The translations under genes were made by a program, and so were the position numbers. Of a DNA stretch of 64,000 bases, positions 48,615 through 64,000 are shown piece by piece. Position 1 is the first letter of the stretch, and each line of letters starts with the position of its first letter. The notes beneath the pieces are model-generated. The model searched no databases and had not been told where the DNA came from. It saw only the letters and a list, made by a program, of their open reading frames with translations. This stretch comes from Monosiga brevicollis MX1 (taxonomy: Eukaryota), in NCBI RefSeq assembly GCF_000002865.3, contig NW_001865082.1, positions 67,894 through 131,893 on the forward strand. The letters run 5' to 3'.

Positions 48615-50030
48615 ATGTCCGACTTTGAAGCCATTGATGTGGCTTTCTCTCGCACCGGTGGTGCCACCACCCGCGTTTCCATCGTGCCCCTGTCCGATCG
48701 GTGGGTCGAACATGTCTCCCATGCACACTCCTTTGCGCTCGCGCGCAGACGGTAATGATCCTTTGTCGATTCAACAACGCCCGTGTTTGCACTCGATAGT
48801 GGACTTGTGGATCTGGCTGTGGCCGCTCTGATGGAACATCAAATTCTTGGTTTGGCCGTGTTTTCCACGCCTCGGCTGCGGGTATGACCTCCCCGCCTTC
48901 CTTCATAACTTGTTCATGCCCGAGGCGCCCTGCAAACGCCTTTATGGTCCTTTCTACATGACTGCCAGCCCTTCTCATCCTGGCCTCCGCTCCGCTGCAG
49001 GCCCAAGACTACAGCCCGATTGCCGTCATGGCCATTTCCTCGGGCGTCGACACCTTTCTCTTCACCGTATCTGGTTTGTAGATCGACACCTTTCCTGGCA
49101 GGCTAGCAACTCTTTGGCAATGGATCCGCCGAAGCGATCTTGGCTTGCACCAGTCTGACTCTTCCATCCGCCTCTCCCCTCAATGTAGTGTCTGGAACTC
49201 TGCCTAGCGCACTGCAGCTGCTGCTGACTCACCAGGATTACACTTTTGTGCGCACTTGTTCTTGCCATTCTTGCCACGCTCCCAGGCAGCTCACACGACC
49301 CCCCAAACCTTTTACCCTGCCTTTTGAACTTGCACTTGTAGGTTGGCTTTGACGTCCGACGTGAAGACATTGCCAAAATTTACATTGACTACGGTCAGGC
49401 CTGGTGCCCCTCAAACCTGTGACTGCACCGCACCAGCTCTGACACCTCCACAAATTGCCTTAATTTTTGCCCCGTGCACAGGCGTGGCAGTTGAGCCTAT
49501 CCACGATCTCCGTGATATCTTAGCTCCAGAGACTGGTATGCTCTTCTTGCGGCGGATCCGGCCCATGGGATCAAAGCGACCGGAGGCCACGGGCTGCGAC
49601 CGACGCCCCTGCTTATTGGTATTCTGTTGTGGGGTTAGGCTCAGCGTCTGTTTTCGAGGCCTTTCAACGCGAGTTCCCGGGCGGCACGTTTCGCTATCAG
49701 CGCGATGTCAAGTCCAGCGACTGGTGGCGTCGCGATCTTGATGAAGCGCAAATCTCGCTGGCCGCCTTTGACGCCTGGGCCATCCGCTACTTTTGGCTCA
49801 TCGTGGCCCAGCCAAAGGGCTACCCCGTCCAAGCACGCACCCAGGTTTGCCTCTCGAACGATTTCTTCATGTGTGCTTCTGGATGGCCAATGACCCTCAT
49901 GCGCGGTTGTTTACTCGGTTGTTTACTCTGATTCACTCGGTCAAAGGGCATCGAGGTATCGGAAATTACTCAAGGCATTGTTCGCGAAACCTTTCCCGGC
50001 CAGCGCCAGCCCTACCGTCGGTGCGTTGAC
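48615..50030 (+). CDS. Hypothetical multi-exon protein; boundaries approximate
   Basis: ATG after an AT-rich intergenic region, several GT..AG introns, coding-like segments (VFEAFQREFPGGTFRYQRD...RYFWLIVAQPKGYP); no family recognised. Confidence 0.4.
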
Positions 50031-50076
50031 TTTGCTCGACCCTTACGGCAGATCTTGCGTTTGCTCTTGCTGGTCG

Positions 50077-50110
<34 letters not shown>

Positions 50111-50327
50111 CCATTCAGACATTTATATGGCCGCTGGCCTGGAGTCGAAGCTGAGCTCATAAGCGCTCGCCAATCCATGCTCGCGTTTTATTAGGGACGA
50201 TCGCTTTGTGGAACACGAGGTCACAAGTATGTCCACTTGCCCCTTGTTTTCAAGTGGCCCGCCAGCATAGGTCTTTTTCCATGCTCACGCCTGCGCACAT
50301 CGTCACATAGTGCGGGAGGGGGCTGAC

Positions 50328-52655
50328 ATGTCCACAAGCTTTGCTGCGACCGGCTGGTCCAGCCACGGTGGTGTTTCCATGAGAAACACTCGCAGCGCTG
50401 CTGAAAACGCGCCGCAGGGCGGAGGCGAACCTGTCGCCCCACCGCCATCCTTTGCTGCGTCAAGCATTGCGCCCAATGGCGTCCCACAAATGCAAGCTTT
50501 TGGGCGCGGGCTCGAGCCCTCGGGTATGCGCTTGCAGGGGCATGCCTCGTGATCATGCCTAAGCTGCCTTTTAGTTTGCCTCATTGTCTGCCGGGCTGTG
50601 ATGATCCGATCAAACTCTTGCAGATTCCATCGCTGCACACTTGCAGCCGACCATGGCCGAACACACGGCTGAAGCACAGCAGGCGGCCGTGAGTTTTGAA
50701 ATGCAAGAAGACGTCAACCCCGAAACTTTCTCGTGCCCATATTGCGAGCGCAGCTTTGAGGTGAGTTGCATCATTGGACGAGTCGCCAAAAACGCTTCCT
50801 GCGCTGGAAAGCAACAGATCGCTCAATGCCACCCCCGCGTTCCTACTAGACATATGCCATTCTTCAGCAGCACATGTATGCTCGTGTCAATGGCCTTTGT
50901 TACCCGGACGGCCCGGGCGAAGCCAGCGTGGACATGGCCGAGGTTGGCTTGCTCAACCGACCGCCACCAAGCTCCCTTGTTTCGGTCAACTGCCTGCTAT
51001 CTTTTCTTGAATGGCTCTGAGAATACTCACTTGGCTGATGGTAGGATCAGATGGAGGACACAGAATGGAGCGCTGCTCCTGGAGATGCCCAATCCGGTGC
51101 CAATGGCCATCATGGCGGTGGCGTTGCCTTTGTGCAAGCTCCCAACGTTTCCATGATTCCTCGCGATGACGATGACGAGTTGGCTGCAGGTTCTTACGCT
51201 CCGGGACAGGCTGCACAGGCCACATCCCGGCCTAGTATGGCGCAGCAGCAACCGGCGTCTACCGACAACGGCAATCATAACCCATCAGCAGCCACGCAAG
51301 CTGCTGCTGTGCCGGTCCGTCTCATTGCAATGCCATCGCCCTTTTGCCCCACCCCCGCTTGTTTATTGGGCCCACGGCGCCCGCTTTCTGGTAAGCGCTT
51401 GGCGAATCCAGTTGGGCTCACTTGCTTGGAGCCACACTGGCCTGCCACATAGCAGCAGGGGCACGGAGCCACGGGGCGGGCACGGCACTTTGTGTCGTTT
51501 GATCCCCAGCAAAACGAGCTGCATACTGGTGGCACTCCTCTCAACTCAACCACTCGACCCATAAATGCATCGCGGTGCGACTTGAACACTTCCCCGGCTT
51601 GCGCGTGTTTGCCGATCTGGGCAGCCGACTCACTCCGGATACGACAAGATTCTTCTGCTGCCATGTCATGCGGCGCGCTTCTGACGAGCCGTTGTTTTTG
51701 CTTCTTTTGTTTTTGCCAATCGCCCCGCAGCTTCGGGACTTCACATTCCATCTTGGCCTCTCGAACGAGCCTGCTCTCAGAGAGTACGACCGGTTCTCTA
51801 GATTCTGTCAACCTCGCTTTTGTGACGCTATTGCTGTGTTGTTCTTCAAGACGCGAATAAGCGAGTCATCGTATGCTCAAACTGCCACGTTGGCCCACAT
51901 GCAGGCGTGTATGGAAACGATCTCAATCTTAGCATGCTCCCCACATCGGCGGCACATCGAGGGGTGGCCTCCATGGCCAAGGACGATCGCCCCACCCATC
52001 TCGATAACCCCAACGAGTAGGTTTTGCGTGATGTCTTTTGATCCTGCCCTGTTTTCATCCGTCATATGGCGTGGATACAAGCTTGCATCACGGGAACGCT
52101 CACGGCTTCGTGCAGCACGGCCACTGGCGCTCAGGCTACAGGAGAGGCATCTATTCTGGCACAGACCATGCGCTGGGAGGGCGGGGCTAACAGCACGATG
52201 GTACGTCTAGTCTCCCGCTTCCATGGCCGCGGGCGCAGAGAACATCAAACTCCTCACTTTTTGCTTGGCTCGGGTGTTCTCAGCGACGGGCAAACGCATT
52301 CGAGCTCAACACCACTGGCGCCATGCAGCGTGCGGGTGGTTCACGACCCGGTTGGCCAGACCGCTCGGGCTTCTCTATCGGCAATATTAGTGGCAGTCAC
52401 GCGGGTACAAAGCGTGCGTCAGGGTCCAACATGACTTGGCAAGCCCCTTCTCATGAAGCAGCAAGCTCCTTCGCCGCCAACGAATCCCGGGATACGGATG
52501 GCTTTCGTCGACCGTCTACTTTGGGTCAGCCGCGATCTAGCAGTGGGTCGACCTATCGTTCGCCCAATGCCACCACAAGGTACGGGCTGCATGGCCTTGA
52601 CGCCAGCACCTCCTTGCTGCATTTGCCTTGCAAACGCAGAGTCTCTGGACACTGA
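50328..52655 (+). CDS. Hypothetical low-complexity protein with one zinc-finger-like motif; 3' end uncertain
   Basis: Spliced FSCPYCERSFE|TYAILQQHMYARVNGLC; in-frame GT-AG exon chain. Confidence 0.45.
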
Positions 52656-53781
52656 TGCCCGTTCTGGTGCTTTTGGTTGGTTCTTGATAAAGCAGAACGG
52701 CTTTTGGTGTGCATCATCCGCAAGGCGTCTATGGTCGCTACTCGGTATGTTTGGGGCGGAGGAAGGTTGCTTGAACTCTTTGTTTCGCTTTCTTTTGGCT
52801 TATCAGCAACCAGCAACCTTGCAAAGCATAATCTAGCGACTGCTCGCCTACCCTGTGTTGCTCCATTAGCGCACACCTCGGCCGGAAGTCAGAGCTTCTT
52901 CCCGTTATCGGCAAGTCTTGCGGCCCCCGCTCTTTCTGTGTCCACCTTTTTACCCACCCTGGCTGACAAGCGTGCCCCTACGCGTTTGGTAATGTTTAGA
53001 AGTCACTATTCCTCCCACAACCAGTCGCATCGCGTCGAAGCTGACACCACAGCGTTTGGTCAGCGCAACATGCCGACACTCGTGCACGCCCCGGTACAGT
53101 GCTCCGTCTCGAAGCTTCGGTCGCGCGCGCGTTACTCGGCTCGAGTGAACGCGGTTGGCTTGCTCACATTTTTTGATGCACACATGTGTCTAGGATTTGG
53201 ATCACAGCGTTCGTCAGGGTGACTTGACGCGCTCTGATGTCAACATGACCAGGTGTGCGCGCGCAAAGGTCATGATGGTGTTGGTCCGTTTTATTTCATT
53301 TGGTGTTGACGCATTATTGTATCGTGTGCCCTAGGTACCACAACCAGTCCATGCAGGCCGCGCCTGGCGAGGAACCTTGGCTAGACCCACCAAACCGGTA
53401 TGTTCCTCTGAATGTAGTTCACAGTGGTTTGCTTGTATCGTGCTGCTCGCTGACCCCCTTTCCTTGATGCACAGAATGCCGGTGCGCTTGGCCGTGGCTA
53501 GCACTGCCGGGGACGTTGGTCGCTTTTGAAGCTTCTGCCTAAAGACCTGTGATGATGTGTGCCATCTAATTTGCAGAGGAGGCTGATGCACAGTTGAATT
53601 AGCAATACTATCTGGCGTCAATTCATGAGTCTAATCTTGATGCAATGTTCTGGATGACACGGGCGCTGTCGTTCTTGTCAATATCGTTCTAGTTGATCTT
53701 GAACCCCTAAATGCTCAGCACTTTCACAATGGCCAGTCGCTTTCCAGACGAGCTGGCGAATCAAACATGACTGGGCAGATC

Positions 53782-54448
53782 TCACATGATTCCCGTGGCG
53801 ACAATCAACAACATGCCGACAAAGATGCCGGCCAGTAGCGAGGTGCCCACGACCAGCATGACGGCACGCCAGACCAACTGTAAAGGGAAATGACAGGTCA
53901 GAGCAAGCACGAGTGAGAGTAGAGCGAAGCAGGGGATCAGGCTCTCGCCTGGGTTGTAGTGCATTCGCGATAAACACGGACCAACTCTCCAGTTGCCTTA
54001 TCAAAAACGAGATGGAGGAGAAGAAGGTCGAGGGCACCAAATATGCGGTCAAGGATCGAGATGGTGGCGGCAGCCCGACGACCACCAGTCCGCACTGGCT
54101 CTGGCTGGCCGTCAGGTGTACGCGGCCGGCCTCGGCCAGCCACATGCCTCCGCCGAAAGTTGCTCGCCCGCCACTACACGGTGCAGGATACACAATGAGG
54201 GAACTTGTGATGTTACTTATGTTTTCAAACGTCAAGTAAGTGGGGTGTGGGGGTGTGGGGCGCGAAACAAACCAGTGTTGTGAGGTGATGGGGGCGCGGC
54301 TTGCTCCAGGCTGACTGGGATGGAACAGCAACAGATCGACGCTTGTCGATGCAAGGGGGGCCTGTCTTTGTTGGGTTGGATGCGTCAGCAAGCACAGGCT
54401 GATCCAAGGGAGCAGCAACGCCCGTAGTAGCCACATCCATGGCTGCAT
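53782..54448 (-). CDS. Small hypothetical membrane protein (hydrophobic N-terminus and C-terminal TM)
   Basis: MQPWMWLLRALLLPWISLCLL; terminal exon LVWRAVMLVVGTSLLAGIFVGMLLIVATGIM* after a pyrimidine-rich CAG acceptor. Confidence 0.4.
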
Positions 54449-54523
54449 CTATCACGGCCATAGTCAAGTCGAATGTGTTCAACCGTGTACATGAGCATGA
54501 TGCGGCAGATCAGGTGGCCGGGA

Positions 54524-57030
54524 CTAGCATGATGAGATGCCATTTGATGTACCACTTTCAGTAGCTTCTGTTGGTTCTGGTGTTGGACCATGGCTGCGAC
54601 AGATGAGGGCGCGCAGGTGGGAGATGAGTTGAACCAGAATTAGAGTCATAGAAGAGAAGAGCAGACATACTCGCGCTCAGCCTCCTGCCGATATGCAGCA
54701 ACCCAGCCCAGGCAAAGGAGACGGCGAAAACGAAGCTCGTGGTTTTGAAGAACGATGGCTTCATTGGCCAAGGCAACCAACTCGCTTTCAGGCGGAGGCT
54801 ATGTGGCAAACAGGCGATGGGCGAAGGCGCATGCGTCAGCCATTGAAAAAGTCCAGGCATAACCTAAGAAGCGAACGAACGGGCACCAGCGTACCTGGGC
54901 GCGGCTGGAGAGCAAGGTTTTGACGACTTCGACAGCCCCTTCAAGTATGGCAAAGTGAAGTGGTGACATTGGCGCTTGGCCGTCCACGAAATGATGCTTG
55001 CGATCTGCATCCATGCCAATCAACTGCAGGTCACGTACCCACAAGTGGGGGCAGATGTCGGTGAGAGACGAGCGCGTGGTGCATCGTAAAAGCAAGAACC
55101 ATACCTTTACATAAGCATTGGTCACGTGTTCATCGTGTCGGCGGCACGCCGCCACAAGCGAGGCGTTGAAATCTGCACGCCGCTCGCGAAAGACCCGCAG
55201 CGCTCGAAGCTGTAAGGGCGAGTGAATTGTGAGCTTAGTTTGCATGCGGAATCACACTTTTGACGGAACCAGAGGGCAATCGTTGCTCGATACGGACCCG
55301 TTCATCATCGGAGAGGATGGCCACGTGAGATAATAGCACGACACAGCCATAGGTCTGCAGGGAGGCATGGTCTGGGAAGTTTTGCATCGTGGACAGCAAA
55401 ACCTGCAACGAACCAAAACCAAATGAGCCTGCTTACAATGCTGTTTTCTAGGCTTTGCACGAACAGGGCTGACCTGAAGCTGATCCGTTGTCATGTACTC
55501 GCTGATATGTCCCCTCTGTGCCAGCCGCGCCAATAGACCCAGCACATTTTCGGCAAGCGCCACCTAGATCCCGCGGGCAGCGCCACGAAGGGTCAGCATC
55601 GCCGATCGGCAAACATCATTCATTGGAAAACCTTTCAAGGTGCTGGTGCTGCTGAGCGTTTGCTCTTTCTGAAGATGATGATCGTGGGGGGGGGGGGGCA
55701 TATTGGTTGTAAAGACTTACGTGTTCCGGTTTGGCGCGAAGTACGCGGATGAGAGCAGCGGGAACACGATATTGGATGAGGATGCGGTGTGTGGCTGGAC
55801 ACACGGAGAGGTTGGTCAGGCAGAGTGCCGCATGAAACAAAACATCAATGGTTGTGTCTTGCTCGAGCAGCCTACGGATCATGCACGTCCAGGAGCATAC
55901 ACGTGTGAGGAGGCACGAACGATGAAGCGAGGGTGGCACTTGGGTTTGGCAGGCGGGCTTTGAGAAGCGGCAGGGTCGCACCGGAGTGCCAGTGCATGGG
56001 CCTGGCAATCAAGCAACGTGCGGGCGACCACTTCTTGACGCGTATTGGCAAGGTTGGCAAGGCAGGTAATGGCGCATTCTAAGATGGGGGTCTTGTCTTC
56101 GTGGTGCCCAGAGACGGCGATGACGGCTTCAGCCACGCCGTCTGAGAGCGAAGGATGATGCACGGGCATTGAGGCATTGAGACCTGTTCTCAACAAGGAG
56201 TTTGCGCAGGGACTGGGGTGTTATTTTTGTGTCAGTGATGGGGCCAGCATGCTACTCACCTTTGACAAGGATCTCAGTGGTCAGTTTGTGCAGAGCCAGA
56301 TTACTGAGGGTGGCCAGGCTCATTTGGACGAGTTCGGCATCGGAGCTGTGCGCGTGCATGGCACGCACGACATAGACATGGGTTCGGCTTTCGACAAGTG
56401 GCAAAACATTGGCGTGGACGGTGGAGTATGCACAGAGTGAATTGATGCAGTGTCGCAAGCAAGCGGCATCATCCCGGTATCGATCCATGGCTTGGTATAA
56501 CTAAGAGCGAGCGGTTGGGTGAATGGATAGGGACGGGCTAGTTTAGAAGTTGCATGAGCAATGGGGACGTGGCTAAAGACGTACAGCGCGAAGGGCCGTG
56601 GCTGGTCGCGCATTGGTCACTATGTAGCACGGGCGCAGGCCGGTAGGGTCAGGTGTTGCCAAATGATGGGAGGTGGGAGACAGGGTTGCAAACTGAGATG
56701 CTGGAGGGTAGGGCCTCTGAATCAAATCCCGGCGAGAAGCGGAGGGTACATACTGGTCTGGCTACCAAGAATGGGCATGAAGCGGAGAAAAACCGTGTTA
56801 AGCAACGTTTCACGCTCGAGCGGCGTGCCCTCGAAATTGGTAATGAGTGCCAAAGCATCATTGAGCTCCCAGTCCTGAGCCCAAAAGTCGACCACATCGA
56901 AATGGCGGGACCGAGCTGAAGCAGCCCGCGCACCATCCGGCGCAACTGCTGGGTGGTCGGTCTCAGGAACTGGGGTCGGGGTATTCGCGCTTGAGCTCAC
57001 GGCTCGGGCCGTGTCTTCTGGCGTTTCCAT
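54524..57030 (-). CDS. Armadillo-repeat protein with a C-terminal ankyrin-like repeat, multi-exon; 5' end may extend further
   Basis: ARM-like VVRAMHAHSSDAELVQMSLATLSNLA, ILECAITCLANLA, AALCLTNLS; ankyrin SPLHFAILEGAVEVVKTLLSSRA; final exon ends ...NGISSC*. Confidence 0.7.
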
Positions 57031-57485
57031 CCAAGCGGTCACTAATTGTTCGCGAGATTGTGTTGGTGCGATGTCGGCTGATGCTCAGAGCATGCAGAAC
57101 GGTTCATGTAGCATCGGTCCGTGCAGTCAAAAAGAGTAGGCCAATGACCTCCACATTGCGCGGTGTCGGGCGCGGCCCTCTCACGAGCTGATGCCCAGCG
57201 CCCTTGCCCTCGCTGTCGATGGGCTCGAGCAATCAAAAGACTCGTGCGCGCAGCGGGTCGGTCCACGTGCACCTGCAAAGGCCGGCAGAAAAGCTGATGC
57301 ATGAGTGCATTTAAATTCCCAAGCCTCTTGCTCCCATCAGCCCAACAGTCCCCCTCTGTCCTCCCTGGGCGAGTCGACACCAAGCAAGCGCACGCACCAA
57401 ACCTGGCCTCGACGACGACGGCGGCGACGCCACAAACGAGAAGACGGCGGTGGCCGACGTGAGGCTCACAAGTCACTGAAAATAC

Positions 57486-57753
57486 GAGAGAGAGAGAGGT
57501 TGTGTGTGTGAGAGAGAATGAAGAGAGAATGAAGAGAGAGAATGAAGAGAGAGAGAGAGAATGAAGAGGGAGAGAGAGAGAGAGAGAGAGAGATTTAGAG
57601 AGAGAGAGAGATTTAGAGAGAGAGAGATTTAGAGAGAGAGAGATTTAGAGAGAGAGAGATTTAGAGAGAGAGAGAGAGAGAGATTTAGAGAGAGAGAGAG
57701 AGATTTAGAGAGAGATTTAGAGAGAGAGAGATTTAGAGAGAGAGAGAGAGATT

Positions 57754-57794
<41 letters not shown>

Positions 57795-57847
57795 ACAGAG
57801 AGAGACAGAGAGAGACAGAGAGAGAGAGACAGAGAGAGAGAGAGATT

Positions 57848-57933
<86 letters not shown>

Positions 57934-57934
57934 G
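57486..57934. repeat. ~450-bp (GA)n array punctuated by ATTT, AATG and ACAC units
   Basis: Directly visible, between the divergent ARM and SULT genes. Confidence 0.95.
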
Positions 57935-57980
57935 ATGGTTCTTTGGGTTATTTTAGAGGTGTCAAGTTTAGAAAGAAAGC

Positions 57981-59227
57981 ATGGCGGAGACGGGAGCTGT
58001 GGCAGCGGCCACGTCGGCAGCGTCGGCAGCGGCGGCGACGACGACCACAGGGGGCTTGAGCGGGCGGAATACGATCGCCAATGGGGCAGCGGAGACGAGC
58101 ACCGAGGGCCTGCCGGCTTACGGGGGTGTGTATGTGCGAGGCGTGCTCTATCCGAGCTTTATGAAGGAGGAGCAGGTGGCGCTGCTGAATGAGCAGAACG
58201 AGAGCGAGTCGTCGGACATCTTCCTGGTGACCTACCCCAAGACCGGTACCACGATGACCCAGCACATGCTGAGTCTGATTCTGAACGATGGGGAACAGCC
58301 CGAGCGCCACATGATGGACGAGGTGCCCTGGATTGAGAAGGAATTTTGTGTCGGCGGCCTCAACATGGACAAGCTGGCGGCACTTCCGCGCCCCCGTGCC
58401 TTTAAGACACACGCCAGCTATCACATGTTCCCGGCAAAGAACATGAGCACCCCCCGACTCATCATCATCACGCGCAACCCCAAGGACACCGCCGTCTCCC
58501 TCTTTCACCACATGCGCAACAAGAAATCCTTTGATTTCGAAGGCACATGGGACGATTTTTTCGCCATGGTCCGTGTTTTGATGATGACTTGAAGACCTGG
58601 GATGATCCGAACGCTAGTTTGCCGGGGCACTTTGTGTGGATGCTGGCTTACTCATGTGTTGCAATGCCTGCCACTCTGGGCTCCTTGGGCCGGTACGGCA
58701 CCTTGTGCGTGCGCATGCAATCGCTATGCAGATGAAGCAGGAAACCGTCGAGAGCAGCAACTTCTTCAAGTGGCATGTCAGTACTTGCGATAGGCGATCG
58801 CGCCTGTTTGAACGTTCACTGTGGCTCTATCCTCTCATGTTTGTGTATTCGGGGGAACGCCTTGCAGGCACCCTATTGGAAGGCTTATCGGGAGGGCCGC
58901 ATCAACGCCCTATGGCTGCACTACGAATGGGTCACGGAGCATTTGGAGGAAGCCGTGGCCAAGGTGGCCGCCTTTGTCGACAAAGATTTGCCCTCGGAAA
59001 CCGTGAAGAAGATTGCCTCGGCCTGCACGCTCGACTCGATGAAGGCCAACCCCAAAGCCGATTGCTCTTGGATCTCTGGCAAACAAGGCGATGCCAAGCA
59101 CTTGCGCAAGGGCGGCAAGGGCGGATGGATGGATGTGTTTACCAATGAACAAAACCAGGAGATGAACGGCTGGATCCAGACCTGGGCTACCCTTATGCCC
59201 GATCTCGACTGGGACTATGGCGTGTAG
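57981..59227 (+). CDS. Cytosolic sulfotransferase (SULT1-type fold), three exons
   Basis: DIFLVTYPKTGTT, PRPRAFKTH, IIITRNPKDTAVSLFH, LWLHYE, HLRKGGKGGW. Confidence 0.93.
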
Positions 59228-59765
59228 ATGTCACCTACTTGCTCCAATTGTACCCAGTTTCTGGTTAGATGGCTCACAGCGCTGCATTCGCACCGGGAGC
59301 GCAAAAGCTACATCAGAGGGGACACGGAGGCAGGCAGGGAGGCATGGTTTGTGGTAGGCTGTGCAAGAAACATGCCTGCAGGGCCAGGGCTCACAACACG
59401 GCCATGATAATGAGGAACCGTCGCAAACCACTCAAACATGTCCCTACACCACGTCGTAGTAGTGCTTTCGTGCTTTCCTACGTTGGTGCGTTTCTGAAGC
59501 TCTTTATTGCCAAAGTGCTTTAGGTCTTTCCTGTGCTTGAGTGCCTGACTGACCTTGGTGCTTTACTGCCTGCCTGCCTTCGTGCCGTCTCCGTGACACA
59601 AGGGGACACAGGGCCATCGTGCTCTACACCTTCGTCATGCTTTTGAACCCCTAAGTGGCTTCGTCATGGTCATGGGTGATGTTGGATGACCTCATTGGCG
59701 CGCAACACCCGATTAACGACACACTTTATTACACTTCCGCATGTGCCCTGAAAGAAAGACGAAGC

Positions 59766-59767
<2 letters not shown>

Positions 59768-59862
<95 letters not shown>
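59768..59862. repeat. (CA)n microsatellite
   Basis: Directly visible, about 60 bp upstream of the SDHAF1 ATG. Confidence 0.95.
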
Positions 59863-59864
<2 letters not shown>

Positions 59865-59920
59865 TTTTTATTTTATTTTTTAATTTTTGTGAGCAAACGA
59901 CGACGGCGACCAACGGGTGA

Positions 59921-60316
59921 ATGGCAGTGCGACGCTTGAGCGGTTTGCAGCGGCAGGTGCTGAACCTGTATCGCGATTGTTTGCGGGCTACGTATAACAA
60001 GCCGATGGTATGTCTATGTCTTAGAGCGAGTAGGGGTGCAGAACAGGCTTGTGGCCAGGGGTCAATGCTACACAGCAGGCAGCCAGCCGAGCTTGGTCAC
60101 CACAGCTCGTTTCTTCACGGAGCATCTTGTTTGGCACTGCAGGAGGCACAGCCGGCGTTTCGGTCATTTATTCGGAGCCAATTCAAAGACAACGCTCATC
60201 TCAAGCGGACCAATGTCCTGCAGATCGAGTATCTCCTCCGACGCGGCAACAAACAGTTACAAGTTCTCAAAAGCCCTCACGTGCGTGAGCTCAACATGGG
60301 TGGGAAACGGCCGTAA
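59921..60316 (+). CDS. SDHAF1: Succinate dehydrogenase assembly factor 1 (LYR-motif protein); intron 60008-60142
   Basis: LSGLQRQVLNLYRDCLRA...FIRSQFKDNAHLKRTNVLQIEYLLRRGNKQL matches the SDHAF1/Sdh6 pattern. Confidence 0.88.
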   Translation: MAVRRLSGLQRQVLNLYRDCLRATYNKPMVCLCLRASRGAEQACGQGSMLHSRQPAELGHHSSFLHGASCLALQEAQPAFRSFIRSQFKDNAHLKRTNVLQIEYLLRRGNKQLQVLKSPHVRELNMGGKRP

Positions 60317-60631
60317 GAGTGCCGTGCACAAGCATTGTGCCAATCCCCTGACAGCCGAGCTGTTTGATGTTCTTTTATGACACCTGGCTTTTTTTTGGTC
60401 TGATGTTTGGGGCTTTGTCCTTCAAACACACTTCTTCTACCCAACAAACGTCCTCGAGAGCCAATGTGCAGTTTCTTGCACCAAAACCATGGAGCTCACA
60501 ACCTCCCAGAGACTGTGTCTCACAGGCCATGCGTACTCATCAATTGACACCTTGATGCCTCAACCCATGAGCACCACCGGGAACAAACACACAGAGAGGT
60601 GCATGCAGCCTGGGCCTGCCATGTTCCTCAT

Positions 60632-64000
<3,369 letters not shown>

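Noticed and set aside
57486..57934. Telomeric or CRISPR-like array
   Set aside because: No TTAGGG units and no unique spacers; simple sequence only

Overview
Intron-rich, compact eukaryotic genomic DNA: short GT-AG introns, abundant CA/CT/GA microsatellites, two N-gaps. The gene content (receptor tyrosine kinase with a non-animal domain mix, Ro60, WW-myosin) and intron style suggest a choanoflagellate, probably Monosiga-like (inference). About 21 genes were modelled by hand: an LRR/LDLa receptor tyrosine kinase with pseudokinase plus kinase domains; an intronless bacterial-type RNase III with two dsRBDs; three tandem secretory sulfotransferase paralogues; CDK11; CDP-DAG synthase; a WW-WW myosin; a divergently oriented pair of unannotated paralogues; a CocE/NonD hydrolase; a NOL11/Utp8-like gene; Ro60; a JmjC protein; an ARM/ankyrin protein; a cytosolic sulfotransferase; SDHAF1; the 3' part of an SMCHD1/DMS3-type SMC-hinge gene; and several hypothetical genes. 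The best leads are the SMCHD1-type hinge protein, the head-to-head paralogue pair sharing an unrecognised helical domain, the sulfotransferase triplet (shared 8-Cys N-terminal module, one apparent pseudoenzyme) and the multi-kinase-domain RTK. Exon boundaries were read by eye. Homologue sequences quoted are recalled from memory and need database confirmation. No tRNA, rRNA, CRISPR array or transposase was found.
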